Source: the human T2T-CHM13v2.0 reference genome, Homo sapiens. Taken from it: a stretch of 64,000 bases of DNA. A program made the position numbers and the translations under genes. Positions 28,457-42,053 of this stretch are shown one piece after another. The stretch lies in NCBI RefSeq assembly GCF_009914755.1, contig NC_060948.1; one strand, 5' to 3'. Within the stretch, counting starts at the first letter, position 1, and the number at the start of each line of letters is the position of its first letter. The notes under the pieces are model-generated. The model saw only the letters and a list, made by a program, of their open reading frames with translations, made no database searches and had not been told where the DNA came from.

Positions 28457-28984
28457 TCAGACCATCTAAAAGAGCTAAAGATTAACAAAATGAAGGGCTT
28501 AGAGTGATATGTGATGGGTACATTGTGTATATGCAAATTATGTTCAAATGTCCATTATGTCCATATTTGTCATTGCATTGTGTATATGCAAATTATGTCC
28601 ATGTTTCCAAGACTTCCCCAATAATTGTGTTTCAATTTCCCAATTTCTTTTTATTCTTGTTGTCCTGCTTCAATCTAAATTAGTTTAAACTGTGAATTGC
28701 TTTGGTCTAAAATGATGAAAGCACTCAAAATGAAGCCAGAACTTGGAGTTCACATTCTACCACTTGTTAGCTGTGAAACCAGTCTACATTGTTCACTTAC
28801 ACTCTTAAGAAAGCAGCCTTTTGTCTACAAAATGAAAACAAATGGGACTGATGTGATGGTTAATTTATTTAATGGACGTAATAAACACTTTCTTGACAAA
28901 TGAGAATGTGAAAAAATTATTGAGTACAGATGAGGCATAACCATCCTTGCTGTTCAAGAATTATAGCATGGAAACAGTTGATAT

Positions 28985-29281
28985 GGCTGGGCATGGTGGC
29001 TCATGCTTATAATCCCAGCCCTTTGGGAGCTGAGGCAGGTGAATCAGTTGAGGTCAGGAATTCAAGACCAGTCTGGCCAACATGGTGAAACCCCGCCTCT
29101 GCTAATAACACAAAAATTAGCCTGGAGTGATGGTGGGTGCCTGTAATCCCAGCTACTCAGGAGGCTGGGGCAGGAGATTCACTTGAGCCCAGACGGTTGC
29201 AGTGAGCAGAGATTGCGCCACTTCACACTCCAGCCTGGGTAACAGGGTAACACTGTGTCTCAAAAAAAAAAAGAAAAAAAG
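28985..29281 (+). mobile_element. AluS
   Basis: Dimeric Alu. Confidence 0.9.
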
Positions 29282-29469
29282 AAAACAGTCACTATGTAGT
29301 TCTCATGACCCAATTAAAATATTATAGTTAGGATGTTATGTTTGTGTTAAAACTAAGAATACACTGTACAGAACTTGTGGAAGAAGCTTGGAACAGAGGC
29401 TGCCTGTGCATTAAGACTAAGAGGACTTGCAAAGAGTTAGAAGACTTTTAATGTTTTACTTTTACATCA

Positions 29470-29680
29470 AGTTTTCTTAACTGTGGCACTGTAGACATGT
29501 AGGGCTGGAGAACTCTCTGTGGTGGGACCGTCCTGTTCACCAGGGGAGGTCCAGCACCATCTCTGGGCATTCCTTCCTGGATGCCAGCAACATCCATACC
29601 ATATAATGACCACCAAAAGTGTCTCCAGACATTGCCCACTGTCCCCCTGGGGGGCAACATGACCCCAATTGAGAACCACC
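29470..29680 (-). mobile_element. MER20
   Basis: GTCTCCAGACATTGCC...TGTCCCCCTGGGGGGCAA...TTGAGAACCAC. Confidence 0.78.
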
Positions 29681-30264
29681 TAAAATTTCCCCAGTGAAAC
29701 TGCATTACTTCTCTAACTTTAATAGCAACCTAAAAAATTACAGACGTCATTTTTAAACCAACAAGATTACTCTGCCTAATTTTACATACTGAACAGTTGG
29801 TTGTTTTTATGAGGGCTTTTGCACTTGTATTCTGAAAGCACCACCTTAACAAAAAGTGATGTTGCATGACTGTCCCAACGACAGCTGGCAGCAGCTATGG
29901 AAGCATCCCAGGAACCAAAAGCCAGCCTGATGTTGCCCTCATGCACTTGCGGCTCTTTCAGTGTGGCCATTCTAAGTAACCAAGTACACATGTGTGCTGC
30001 TTCTGGGATAAAGCACCTCTGTATGTTAGTTGTCTGAAGTCACATTGATGATATCAGTAGGTTATCTATTCTAATTTAGTAATGCATTACGAGTGCGCAG
30101 CTGAATATGAGTTAGCTCCAAGGCAGGGATCAGCAAACTACTGCACATAGGCCAGCTGGCCTGCAGGTTGTTTTTGCAGATAGTTTTCTTAGAACACACA
30201 CACATCTGTTTACATAAACACACCTACCTGATTACGGATTGCCAGTGGTTTCCAGTTGGAGTTA

Positions 30265-32419
30265 AATATGATGACATAGATAGTGAGGGTAAGGCTGAGG
30301 AGGTCTCAGATGGAGATGAGGAACTTACTGGGACCTGGAGTAAAGGTCACTTTTGTTATGCATCAGCAAGGAGGTTGGGATGTGGCATTGTGCTTCTGCC
30401 CTAGGGATCTGTGGAACTTTGAACTTAAGAGTGATGATTTAGAGTATCTGGTGGAAAACATTTGTAAGCAGCAAAGCATGCAAGATGTGGCCTGCTTCTA
30501 AAAGGCTATGCTCATATGCGTGAGCAAAAATAATCTACTTGAAACTGGAACTTATATTTAAAAGGGAAAGAGCATGTAAAAGTTTGGAAAATTTGCAGCT
30601 ATGACGTGATAAAAAAGAAAAGCCTATTTTCTGGGGAGGAATTCAAACATGCTGCAGAAATTTGAATAAAAGGACAGCAAGGGCTGATAACCAAGGCAAT
30701 GGGGAAAATTCTATTAATAGGTACAGTCCAAGTAACTGCATAAATTTCAGACCAATTAAAAGTATTAAAGATTAATAAAATGAAGAGCTTGCAATGATTG
30801 GTGATGGGTACATTGTGTATATGCAAATTGTTCATAAGGCTTCTACACTAGTTGTGTTTCAGTTGTCTAATTTCTGTTTATTCTCATTGTGCAGAAGTAG
30901 GTTACTACCGACTCCAATACAAATTAGTGTGAATTGTGAATTGCTTGGTCTAAAATGAAAAGAGCACTCAACATGGAGCTCCTGAAAGCATTTCAGATAG
31001 CTTCATGACAGCCCCTCCTATTACGTACCGAATCCTAGGAGGGAAAAATGATTCCCTGGACCAGGCCCAAGGCCTTGCTGTCCTACACAACCTCAGTACG
31101 CTGCTTCCTGCATTCCAGCTGCTCTGTCTCTGACTCTAGCTGCACCCTTCGCTCAGATGGCCCCGGTACAGCTTAAGACACTGCTTCAGAGGCTGCAGGC
31201 TGTAAGCCTGTGTCTTCTACATGGTGTTAAGCCTGCAGGTGCATAGAGTACAAGAGTTGAAGCTTGGTAGCCTCTGCCTAGATTCAGAAGATATACAGAA
31301 AAAGCCTGGATGTCCAGACAGAAGCCTGATGCAGGACCAGAACCATCATGGAGAACGTTTGCTAGGGCATTGCAAAGGGCAAAGGTGGGATTGGCGCCCT
31401 GATATGGAGTCCTCACTGGAGCACTGCCTAGTGGAGCTGTGTTAGATACAGTTATGTTCCCTCTTCAAACAGCTTATCCAGCTTCCCCATTCTCTATCCT
31501 ATAATTCCAAATAACCCCTTGCCTTTCCTGTGCCCCAATTTGTCTGAATATGCCTAGCCATGCCTGAACTTGCTACAACCCCAGCCTGCATGCCTTTCCT
31601 TAGTAGAGAATAGGTTACCTTCCTAGTCCCTCCGTAATTGACCTTCCTTCTCTCTCTTCTCACCTCCCTTACCTTATCTAAGAATGTTTAAATATTTAGC
31701 CAGTTGGGACTAGTTTAGACTGTGTGGTCCAACCCTAGCCAATAGGGGAAAGACACAGAAGCACAAGCTGCATTAGAGATAATAAAACCCCTGCTTTCCT
31801 TTGGTCTGTATGCTTTTGCCATTGCTCCATACATGAGTTGCACCCTTGTGCAGAAGTAAATTTTCCTTGCTGAGACGTTCTTTGTCTAAGTGCTTGTTTT
31901 CTTTGCGACTCCAAGTTCTTATTCCCAACAAGCTATGAGAAGAGGTCCACCATCCTCCAGACCCCAGTATGGTAGGCATTCAACACCAGATGGTGAGAGC
32001 AACTGCAGGGTCTATACCTTGCAGAGACAGGGGTGGAGCTCCCCATGGCCTTGGTAGCCCACTTCTTGTGCCACTGCACCCAGGATGTGAGACAGGGAGT
32101 CAAAGGAGATTCTTGGAGAATCTCCTTAAAATCTAATGATTGCCTTGCTGGGTTTTGGACTTGCATGGGGCCTGTAGCCCCTTTCTTTTGGCCAATTTCT
32201 CTCTTTTAGAACAGGATAGAATATAACCTAATGCCTATATTCCCATTTTATCTAGGAAGTAACTAATTTGGTTTTGATTTTACAGGCTTATAGGCAGAAG
32301 GAACTTGCCTTGTCTCAGATGACACTTTGAGTTAATGCTGTAATGAGTTGACTTTGGAAGACTATTGGGAAGGCATAATTGTATGTTAAAATGTGAAAAG
32401 TGAGGGGCCAGGTGTGTAA
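30265..32419 (+). mobile_element. MST/THE1-type MaLR internal region (5' part missing), interrupted twice
   Basis: GGCTGAGGAGGTCTCAGATGGAGATGAGGAACTT, GCACTGCCTAGTGGAGCTG, TTGCCTTGTCTCAGATGA. Confidence 0.85.
31440..31930 (+). mobile_element. LTR10-family-like (HERV-I/IP) solo LTR nested in the MaLR internal region
   Basis: TGTTAGATA...CCCAACA ends; CCAAT and AATAAA elements; 5-bp TSD AGCTG/AGCTA; MaLR sequence resumes exactly. Confidence 0.75.
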
Positions 32420-32818
32420 TGATATGATTTAAATCTGTGTCCCTGTCCAAATCTCACGTTGAATTGTAATCCACAGTTTTGGAGGTAGGGCCTGGTGGGT
32501 AGTGATTGGATCATGGGAGTAACTTCTCATAGTTTAGCAACATCTCTGGTGGTACTGTATAGTGAGTGAGTTCTGATGAGATTTGGTCGTTTAAAAGTGT
32601 GTAGCACTTTTCTTCCTCTCTCTTTCCCTCCTGCTTTTCCCATGTGAATGTGCCTGGTTTCCCTTCACCTTCCACCATGGTTGTTTCGTGAGTCCTCCCC
32701 AGAAGCAGAAGGTGTTATGCTTCCTTACAGCCTGCAAAGCCTTCAGCAAATTAATCCTCTTTTTTTTCTTTTTTTTTTAATAAATTACCCAGTCTCAGGT
32801 GTTTCTTTATAGCAATGC
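32420..32818 (+). mobile_element. MSTA/MSTB-like 3' LTR
   Basis: TGATATG...CCAAATCTCA.GTTGAATTGTAATCC...TAAATTACCCAGTCTCAGGT.TTTCTTTATAGCAATG. Confidence 0.85.
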
Positions 32819-33927
32819 TTGTTAGTAAAACAGAGGACAGCAATTTTTATCATTTAACCAAGCAGAATGTTTTTGAGCGAAAAATATTTTTAGGTTTTTT
32901 CTTGGTTATAGTTTTCTAGTTCACTTATGGCAGGTATGCTTATTTTTAAAGAACATTAAAGTTTAGGCCTTTAGAATTTGTTTGTAAAATAGTTATTGAT
33001 TATTAAAAAATAATACAAAACATGTTTTATTTGTCATGATTATAACAGTCAAAGGGAAGGGGTGGGTGACTCTTAAGAAACAGATGTGCTCCTGAGAAGT
33101 ACTACAGTGGCAAAAAATTACTGGTCTAGATAAACAGTATTCCAGAAGTGAATTTTAAAAAAAGTTGAGATGGTAACATACGAGGAAATAATGAATGCAT
33201 TGTGACTTTTCACCTCCCCATACCCATTTTCTCATAGTTTGTTGAGGAGAAAGAGAAATGAGGATGTTGGCCTGATTTTGATTCCCAATGGGTAAGGCTC
33301 ATGCAGAACTGCCCTGCTTTTTGACACTATTATGATATTAAAAGTACCATGTACTTTTATAAGTCTTTACCGTCTTGGCACACTTGCATTCATTTTAGTC
33401 AAGTACTGTCACCTTTAGATTTCAGGCTTGCAGAGTCTTTAAAAAATGCACATTAGAGAACGCAGAGTCTTCTAACAATAAAATCTCAGCTTATTAGGAT
33501 GTTTAGTGACCAGGGTATTCAGAGTCAGTTAGAAAAGTGTCTTTAGAATTTCAGCATATGGAGATGTCTTTCATAGAGAAACCTGGAAGAGTTTGGCAAA
33601 CCCTAGCATGTTGAGCATGGAGTATCGTCATCTGCATGGGCACTCAGACACCTGGACAAATGAATCAGCAGTAAGACAGGATGGAGGGGTTCACAGAATA
33701 CATGCTTCCCACTACCCGGAGCTGTGAGGAAATCATGAGGACTGACTGAGCATTCATTGTACACATGTGCACATGTTGGTTGCTATGCCCTGGGATGTGG
33801 CAGCAAAGAATAAGCATGTGAAATATTTAAAATTATTTATTAGGTGGATTAAATAAGCTCCCAGCACTCAGAAGACAGCCAGGCATGTAACAGGTGATAT
33901 ATATGTGTTAGTTAATATCATAATTTA

Positions 33928-34046
33928 ACAGAGACGAGGTTTTGCTACATTGCCCCAGCTGAACCTGAACTCCTGGCCTCAAGCCATCCTCCCACCTCAG
34001 CCTCCCAAAGTGCTGCAATTACAAGCATCAACCACTGTGCCCAACC
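33928..34046 (-). mobile_element. Alu left monomer / FLAM
   Basis: AACTCCTGGCCTCAAG...CCTCCCAAAGTGCTG. Confidence 0.8.
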
Positions 34047-34597
34047 TATTATTATTTTTGAATAACTTTATTTAACCCACTGTTGCCAATGGTTTTGAAG
34101 TGTGGAGCCATTTTTCAGATGACACATGCTAAACTACTGAACAGCCTGAGAAATGTCGCTCTGAAGAGCATGCCTTGGCAAACACTCTCCTACTTAATCA
34201 ATCTCCAGTTGATTGGCTTCCAAGTTCATTTGGTTCTCATTTTTCCTAACAACAACCCTGCAAATCATTACCCCCATTTGATGAGGTGCTGGCTGAGAAG
34301 GCTGCTTGCCTAGGTATGTTTCCCACCTGCCTGTGACAAGCTGTTAGATTCTGAAAGCTGGTGGTGCTGGCCTCAGTTAGCTGAGTGATTCCAGTGTAGG
34401 GTCTTTCGAGGCTGCAGGCAAGATGTCCGCCCACCTAAGGTGGGATGGGGGCAGGAGGGGCTGTGTCCTGGCACCTCCCTCCTGTGGCTGCTGAGTTGGT
34501 ATGGCTGTAGGCGGGGGGCCTCAGTGTTGTACTGTACTGGCCTCGCCGTGAGCACCCAAAGGGATTTTATCATACAAATTTGATTCTGTTTTATCAA

Positions 34598-34690
34598 GAG
34601 ATGCCAGTAGTACCTCCACTTCCAGTTGTGAAACCCCAAAATATCTCCAGACATTGCCTAATATCCCCTGGGAGATGGCGGGGGATGTGG
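34598..34690 (-). mobile_element. MER20 fragment
   Basis: GATGCCAGTAG...TCTCCAGACATTGCC...TCCCCTGGG. Confidence 0.6.
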
Positions 34691-35370
34691 GGAGGGGGCA
34701 ACAGCGGGCACTGTCAATCCTGTTCCAGAACACTGTAGTAAAATACAGAAATGTGATGCCAATCCCATGCTTTTATTTAGGATTGCATGTGTAACACATA
34801 TGCTTCTGAGTGGGAAAGTAACTGTTTGCTCCAAGCAGAAAATGGTGCATCCTTTGTTGTCATGGGGCAAATGCTTAGTAAGGATTTGACCAATGTAGAG
34901 GAATGCTCAGTGTGCAGTGGCAGCCAGGTAGTGAGCAGATGCAGCCCTGCACACAGCGTGAGTTTGTCAGTGTTTGCCAAGCAGTACTCCGGTATGCAGT
35001 CACTGCTGGCTATGGCTCTTAGGCAGGCAGGCTCCTGGCTCCTCCTTGTGTGTCCATCCCGTTTGTTGGCCACCCTGCCTGCTGGCACTAGGCCATCTGC
35101 TCCTTTTCCCAGGTTCTGGTTGCTCCAGCTTGGCCTCCCTCTGCCCATTCTGTGCACCTTTCATTCTTGGGGAGGAGGAGACTCAGGTAAAGAAGGATAA
35201 AGCAGAACGATGCCAGGAAATTCCACTGCTAGCCAGTTGCCCCAAGGACTCGAATGCTCATAGTAGCATGGTTGACCCAAGCCAGGTGGCTGTCAGCTGC
35301 TGCCTGGAGAAACACAGTGCGGTCCAGCCACACAGTGGCATAGTATTCAGCTATAAAAAGAGTGAAGCCC

Positions 35371-35587
35371 TGGGCCTGGTATGGTGACTCAGCCTGTCAT
35401 CCCAGCACTTTGGGAAGCCGAGGTGGGTGGATCACCAGGTCAGGAGATCGAGACCATTCTGACTAACATGGTGAAAACCAGTCTCTACTAAAAATACAAA
35501 AAATTAGCCAGGTGGGGAGGTGGTCTCCTGACTACTAAGCCTGGAGTTCGAGACCAACCTGGGCAATATAGTGAGACCCCATCTCTG
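35371..35587 (+). mobile_element. Chimeric Alu (two left-arm segments) within an old L1M 3' end
   Basis: Left arm up to the linker, then a second GGAGTTCGAGACCAACCTGGGCAATATAGTGAGACCCCATCTCT segment. Confidence 0.75.
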
Positions 35588-38500
35588 TTTTTTAAAAACA
35601 ATAAAATTTTTTAAAAGAAAAATAATAAAATGGTTAAATTTACATTAAGTTATTTTTACCCCAGCTGAAAACAACAACAACAAAAACCATGTAGGTGAAT
35701 GTCCAAGGGAATGTCTATATTGGGCCTATGGTGTGCTGTTCTGGTTTTTCTTATATGAATGGGCTCTGAAGGCTGCGTCAAAAGGGGAGTCTTTAAAGTT
35801 GCTAATTTTTTCCTGATACAAAAAGAATATAGTTTCTCAAAATGACTGCTTTCGAGGAATGCCCCTTTCTAAATTTGAAAACATAGTATTAAAAACAAGA
35901 GTCTCTCAGTGCTTTAGACCGTTATTTCTTGTATTCAATTTAAAAATCCCTTATGGTGGTTTGCAGATCTGCAGAGAAATTCACAAAGCATGATTGAAAA
36001 GTGATGTGTAGTCTTTATAGTTGAATAGGAAGAAACCAGCTGATTTGCATATAGGATGAAATGTAGCTGAGGGTGCTATTGAGTTTGGACAACATTTGGC
36101 TAGACCTTTGTAACTTTTCAGCTCTATGAAGCAATAATTGTGTGAAGAATTAAAAGGTGGAAAATGAACTGCATGTGGCTGGCTCGCATATGCCTAGGTC
36201 TATTTCCAGACACAACGACCAGTGAAATGACAGTGTTGGTGATGCACCAGTTCAAGGAAATATACAAAGACTGCCTACTCACAAATACAGACACCAGCGG
36301 ACTGATACATTGCTTGCACTTGAAGGTATAGAATTAGAAAACATAGGAAAACAGCAGCAGACTGTTCTGTGTCCTTTTCTTTAAAACTATATCTTGAAAT
36401 TTCTGTGCTTCCCCCAAGAACATCTTTAAAGATGACAGTAAAATAACTCCAGAGGAAACTTTCTGAATTCTAATATCCACATGAAAATGTTGCATTTTCT
36501 TCTGATTTTTCACAATAAAAGTATGGCAAACCTCATGAAGAAATGAATGTGGTAGAGGGCTTCTGAAATCTACGTATTAACATTTGTGATCAGCTAGTGA
36601 AATATTCTCATTGATTATATATAGTACATCCTTCATTCATTAAGCTAACTTTTATCAAGTATGTGTTATGTGTCAAGCCTAGATTGTAGAAATGGAACTT
36701 GAGGAAGACAGGACTCTTCCTCCTGTTTGGGTAGAAAAGGTATTATGTGTGTTATGAATGATGTGATGGAAGGAAACACAGGACAGCATTGGAAAATGGA
36801 GATCATCACCCAGAGATTCTGTATTCTACTTGGGGAATAGACTAAACATCAAAATACAGTAATTTAAACAAAATGCATTTACCCCTCATGTATTGGTACA
36901 AAGGCAGACAATAGTCCCAGAAGGGTAGGTGTCAAATCCCCAAGAGCATCGGGGGATCAAGGTTCCTTTTGTGTTACTATCCTGCCTTCCTAAGGGTCAG
37001 ACAGGCTCTCAAGCAACCCCCATGAGCACAAGTTGTATGCATCCTTTCCCAGCTCTTCTCACCTACCATTGGCAAGAACTCAGTAGTGGAACACCCAGGG
37101 TCTGTTAGTGAGGTGTGCTTGTGTGACTGAAAGAAAAAGAGAAGTCTTTTGGGGAGGAGCAGGCCTGGTGGAATCATAGTTTCTAAATCTTTGCATTTTA
37201 TCTAATTCAGTTTTTTGAAGAAATGTACGTAGCACCACAAACTCTATTCTTAACCTACTTTCTATGGAGAAGCAGGCACATGCTGTGTTGTATCAGCTTG
37301 GAGAGCCCCTTCAAAACCTCTCCACATTCAATGTGGAGGGACTGTCACTATACATGCACGGCACACCATGCCAAGAGGGGAGGACTACTGGAACATTAAA
37401 ATCTCTTTTGTATTTGTCACATAATCAGCATTTAGTTGTAAAAATAAAGAGCATACGGCATTTGTTAAAATCATTTCCATTTCATAACAAATATTTGGCC
37501 ATATGTAAACTTTCTTGCTGTGGCTGTTTTTTAATAATGTTTCAATTTCTGTACTAATAATTTGTAATAATAATAACAATGGGAAAATCAGTAATGAACA
37601 GGTGTTGGAAGGTCTGATTTCTCATTTTAATTTATTGTTTCTAGCTATAAACAAATTATTTTTGACATGTTGCATAACCAGAAGAATGTTATTAAATAAA
37701 GTCATAATTCTCCTTTTTGGTGTTGATGACACCCAGATGATAATTACACTTAATGAGTTTAACAACACATATAAAAGATAATCTAAAGTTTCAGGACCCT
37801 GTTATGTGGGTTACCATCTGTTTTGGACCAAAGAATAAGAATTGGATTCCAAGCTTTTTTCTGAACAGCTTGTAATAAGAGCTGTTTGTGTATTAATTAC
37901 TTCTTGAACTATTGTGGGTTTTAATGTTTTAATTTACAAGCAATTTGGAATTTATGACATCTGCTCATATTTTGATACTTCATGCTATTTACCAATTTTG
38001 TCATGAGGCTGTTTTTCCCCCTGGTAATTTACAACCTAATTCTGAAAATAGTAATTTGGTCTCTACCAGTTCACTCTAAGGAGAATTGCCCTGTTTCATC
38101 TCCACTGCAGATTTTTTTTTCATAAGTGAAAGTATCTTTGTTTTATAAACAAAATTAAGTTGCCATTGTGCCTGCTTCTCTGGTGCCCTTTCATTTCTGT
38201 TCAAAGAGTTAGAGATGAATTTAGTTTCACTCTCATTGCTTTACTTAAGTAGTTGGTTTTTTACAAATTGTCCTGGTTATTACTTTTGGTTGGTTTTTGT
38301 TTTTGTTTTTCAATGTACTCTAATGCAATTCATGGTCCTGTGAACCTGACTGTAGAACTTTTTTTTAAATCTCCTTTATTTAAACATCATAACTGTAAAC
38401 ATGACCCAGTGGGAATAATTTACTTGCAGTTCCTGAAAGTACTTCATGAGGTTCCATATGAGTTCACTAATAACAAACACCACTCATAGCTTCGCTGGTA

Positions 38501-38632
38501 GACTTCAAGTATACTAAACCTGGTACCTTTTTATTATCACTTAAGACTATTTAGAGAAAATGGTGAGCCTTTAATTTTCTTAGTTCTTGAATTTGTAGTT
38601 GATAGAGGGTAATTTAAACTCTCTAGGCGGGT

Positions 38633-38946
38633 GGCCAGGTGCAGTGGCTCATGGCTATAATCCCAGCACTTTGGGACGCTGAGGTGGGTGGATCACTTGA
38701 GCCTAGGAGTTTGAGACCCTGGTCAATATGGTGAAACCCTGTCTCTACTAAAAATACAAAAATTAGCCAGGCATGGCAGCGGTTGCCTGTAATCCCAGCT
38801 ACTCAGGAAGCGAGGCAGGAGAATCACTTGAACCTGGGAGGCGGAGGTTGCAGTAAGCTGAGAAAGTGTCACTGCACTCCAGCCTGGTTGACAGAGTGAG
38901 TCTCTGTCTCAAGGAAAACAAAAACAAAAACAAAAAGAAAAACAAA
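38633..38946 (+). mobile_element. AluS with TSD
   Basis: AAACTCTCTAGG on both sides; (CAAAAA)n tail. Confidence 0.9.
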
Positions 38947-39779
38947 AACTCTCTAGGAGGCTGGATTCATTCACAATCAAATAAATTTTATGAGAAAGCT
39001 GGTAAATATCATTAAATGGTTGGCATTTATAGTGACTAAAAAATAAAACAATTTTTAATATAGAGGATGATTGCTTTATGAGATATAAACCTGGCTTACT
39101 GAAAAATCAGTGCAAATGAACCCTTGTGAAATAAAAATGTCTAAGAACAGTACATGAGAAGTTGAGATGTCAGTTGGTGCCTTTGTTTTCCTTTATTTTA
39201 GAGGAGCCGAAGGAAAAAGATTCTGACCTGTTTCTGTGTTTTTATGAGCACAGTATATAAGAATGGTTATATGCGCACCAACATGCACTCTGGGGTTACT
39301 GGAAAGCTAGCCCCAACAATGGGAAACATCTTGCTACAGTGTGATATCTTCTCCCAGTGGTGTGCACAGGTTCATGTATCAGTTGCATAAGGCACTGTTC
39401 CAAAAACAACAATAAGGGAATAAGGTTCAAGGAACCTTAATTTATCTTTAAACTTAATTTAATTTAAAATTAATTTAAATATTTATATAATAGCAGTAGC
39501 AATAGCTGAGCTAATATTATCTATTTTGAGACTTTTCTTTCAGAACTTCTACAGGCATAATAATGCCTGACTGGTCATTTTAATTTCTCCTTTTTTTTTA
39601 GTTTGCAAACAAAACCCTGCAATCTGTGCTTTAGACTAACACAGAAGTTAAGAACTAATAAGATGTGTTAAGTTTGAGTTAGGATGAAAAAGAAACCTAA
39701 AAGAATGGGAGGGGTGAGAGGTAAAAACACCCTAAGGATTTTTAAGTCTTTTGTTCTAAACCTTTCCCTTTCTCCCTAG

Positions 39780-39868
39780 GCTGGTCCCCACAGACGGCTT
39801 GCCATTTCTATGACTGGATGCTGAGAAGCCTGCTGGTTCAGAGGTCCACACATGAAGTTACCATAAAG
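39780..39868 (+). other. TBL1Y: TBL1Y non-coding 5'UTR exon (89 nt)
   Basis: Strong acceptor cctttccctttctccctag| and donor AAG|gtaagc in non-repeat sequence; size and spacing agree with my recollection of the gene structure. Confidence 0.78.
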
Positions 39869-40879
39869 GTAAGCAGCCCAGCATGCCATTGGATCCTTGT
39901 CCTTGTACCTGAAACATATTTCAGGAGCAAAACTGCATTTTGCCAAAACGCAATCCCTTCTCTTTTAAATTATGTTTTCGGGGAAAGTGGCACATCTTTG
40001 TCCTTGCTGAAATTGAAGCCATTAGAGAAACCATTATTAAATCCTTATGAGCTGCAAAGTCAATTCTAAATGAGGAATTCGCCTTTTTACTGCCTTCTGA
40101 GAATTTTGGATCCTGAATGAGCAATAACAAACTTTTCTGGGTCTTACCAGTCGAGATAACACCTTCTAAAATCAACCTCTCTTGTGAATATTATAATTAT
40201 GCAGGCTTGTTAATTGTAATTGGGCACACGAGTATAGATTTTATTTGACTCCTTTGTCTTCATTTTGTGCTCCATTAGTTTTTTAATATGATTTGTGTCT
40301 GTCTGCGTTGATTTGCTAGTTAACCGTGAAACTTATTAGAAAATCATGCAGATTACTGTGTGTAAATGTGGTGAGACGCTTAAGGTTTCCTGATTAGCAA
40401 ACCAAACAGTTCTATGTGGCCAGGTGTCAAAAGTTGAAACCGATACCCAAACTAAAACTAAGACCTGCACCCCAAAAGTTCTTTTAAAGTTATCCTATTA
40501 CCTTTTGGTACATAGGATTATAGTTTTATTTTACTTAGTTGCTACTTAATTTTCTGCTTCTTTCTCTAAGGCATTTTTAGTTTTTTTTTTTTTAAAACTA
40601 TAGAAATTTGGTAACTTGAAAGCATAAGGATGGAATTTTGAGGGAGATTTTTGCTTTACTGTTTTGAAAGAACCAACTAGAACTAAACTGTAGGCTTAAA
40701 TTTAACTAAAATAGGAAGCTTACTGTTTGAGGTACTTTTGTTTAAAGCAAGATGTACGTATATTGTTATAACAAGTTAAACATGTAGAGGTATTTGAGTG
40801 TTATTTGACTTAAATATTTGAAAGGTGTTGTTTGTTAATAAAAACAAAATTTGTAATATATTAGTGAATTTGAATTTTT

Positions 40880-41175
40880 TGATTGGCTCTTTCATTCAGT
40901 ATAATGTTTTCAAGGTTCATGTGCATTGTGGCATGTGTCATTCCTTTTTACATTAGAATAATATCTCATTGTGTGGCTAGATCATGAATAGAACATGTTT
41001 TATCCATGCATCAGTTGATGGAAATTGGGGTTGTATTTCCCTTTGGGCTACTATGAAAAAGATGTCAGGAATACACATATACAAGTTTTTGTGGGGACTT
41101 ACGTTTCATTTCTTTGTGGTATCTACTTAGAATTGGGTCATTTGGTACCTCTGTTGAACATTCTGAGGAACTATT
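40880..41175 (-). mobile_element. Old L1M fragment
   Basis: TTTTCAAGGTTCAT, TTTATCCAT.CATCAGTTGATGGA. Confidence 0.7.
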
Positions 41176-41846
41176 GTTATGTTCCTCAAAATGTAAAGTG
41201 GTCAAAGTGGCTGTTATGTCAGTCAATATTTTTTGAAATGCCATTGAACCATATTCTAAATGTGAGAGGGATGATGGGAGGGGGTCCTTTCTCTCATCAG
41301 TGTTTTGACTGGGTATTAATTTCAGTACTTTGGGAACCTAAGCTTCAGTTTAATTCAATCTAGTATGTGCTGAATTTCTCCTGTGCGTGAGGTGTCTGTG
41401 TTTGGCCTTATAAATGACTGAGTGTTTTTGTGGCCTTTCATACCTTATGCAGTTTATAGATGCAGGTGGTAATTTGGGATTATCCTGAAAAAGGGCACTC
41501 TGTTGCTATTGTTCATCAGTAAGGCTGGGAATAACTTGTCTAACATACTCTTTCTGCCTGTGTTGGGCACTGCGGCTTAGAAAGTGAAGGCTTATAATTG
41601 TTTCCTTGAGATGTGTGTGGTTTCAACACATGTCCTCCTTTCAAAGTCATCCATAACAGACCTGGGTAATTGTGTTTTATTGACTCTCAGTCTTAAACTG
41701 GTTGGTAAGATTATGAGGAATGTTCACATTAGGGGCGTTCACCATTGAGGTTCTTAGGCAGGAAGATTCCACACCCAGAAGGGACTAGGCAGTTGTTCTC
41801 TGAAGTAGAGGTGGGAAAATCTGTTGTAAATCGAGAAGGACTGAGA

Positions 41847-42036
41847 GCAGGCTCAGCAAACGTGGTCTGTGATGGACCTGATAGTAAGGGGCTTAGGATT
41901 TGTGGGCCAGGCAGTTGCAGCTGCTTTACTCTGCCATTGCATTATGAAGGCCCTACGGAGATGAATGAACATGGCTCAGTGCCAAGAAAACTTTATTTAT
42001 AGACATTGATACTGGGTTGCAGTTTGCTGACTCTGA
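41847..42036. mobile_element. MER58-like DNA transposon
   Basis: CAGGCTCAGCAAAC...AAACTTTATTTAT...AGTTTGCTGACTCTG. Confidence 0.6.
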
Positions 42037-42053
42037 CCTAGAGCAACACACTG

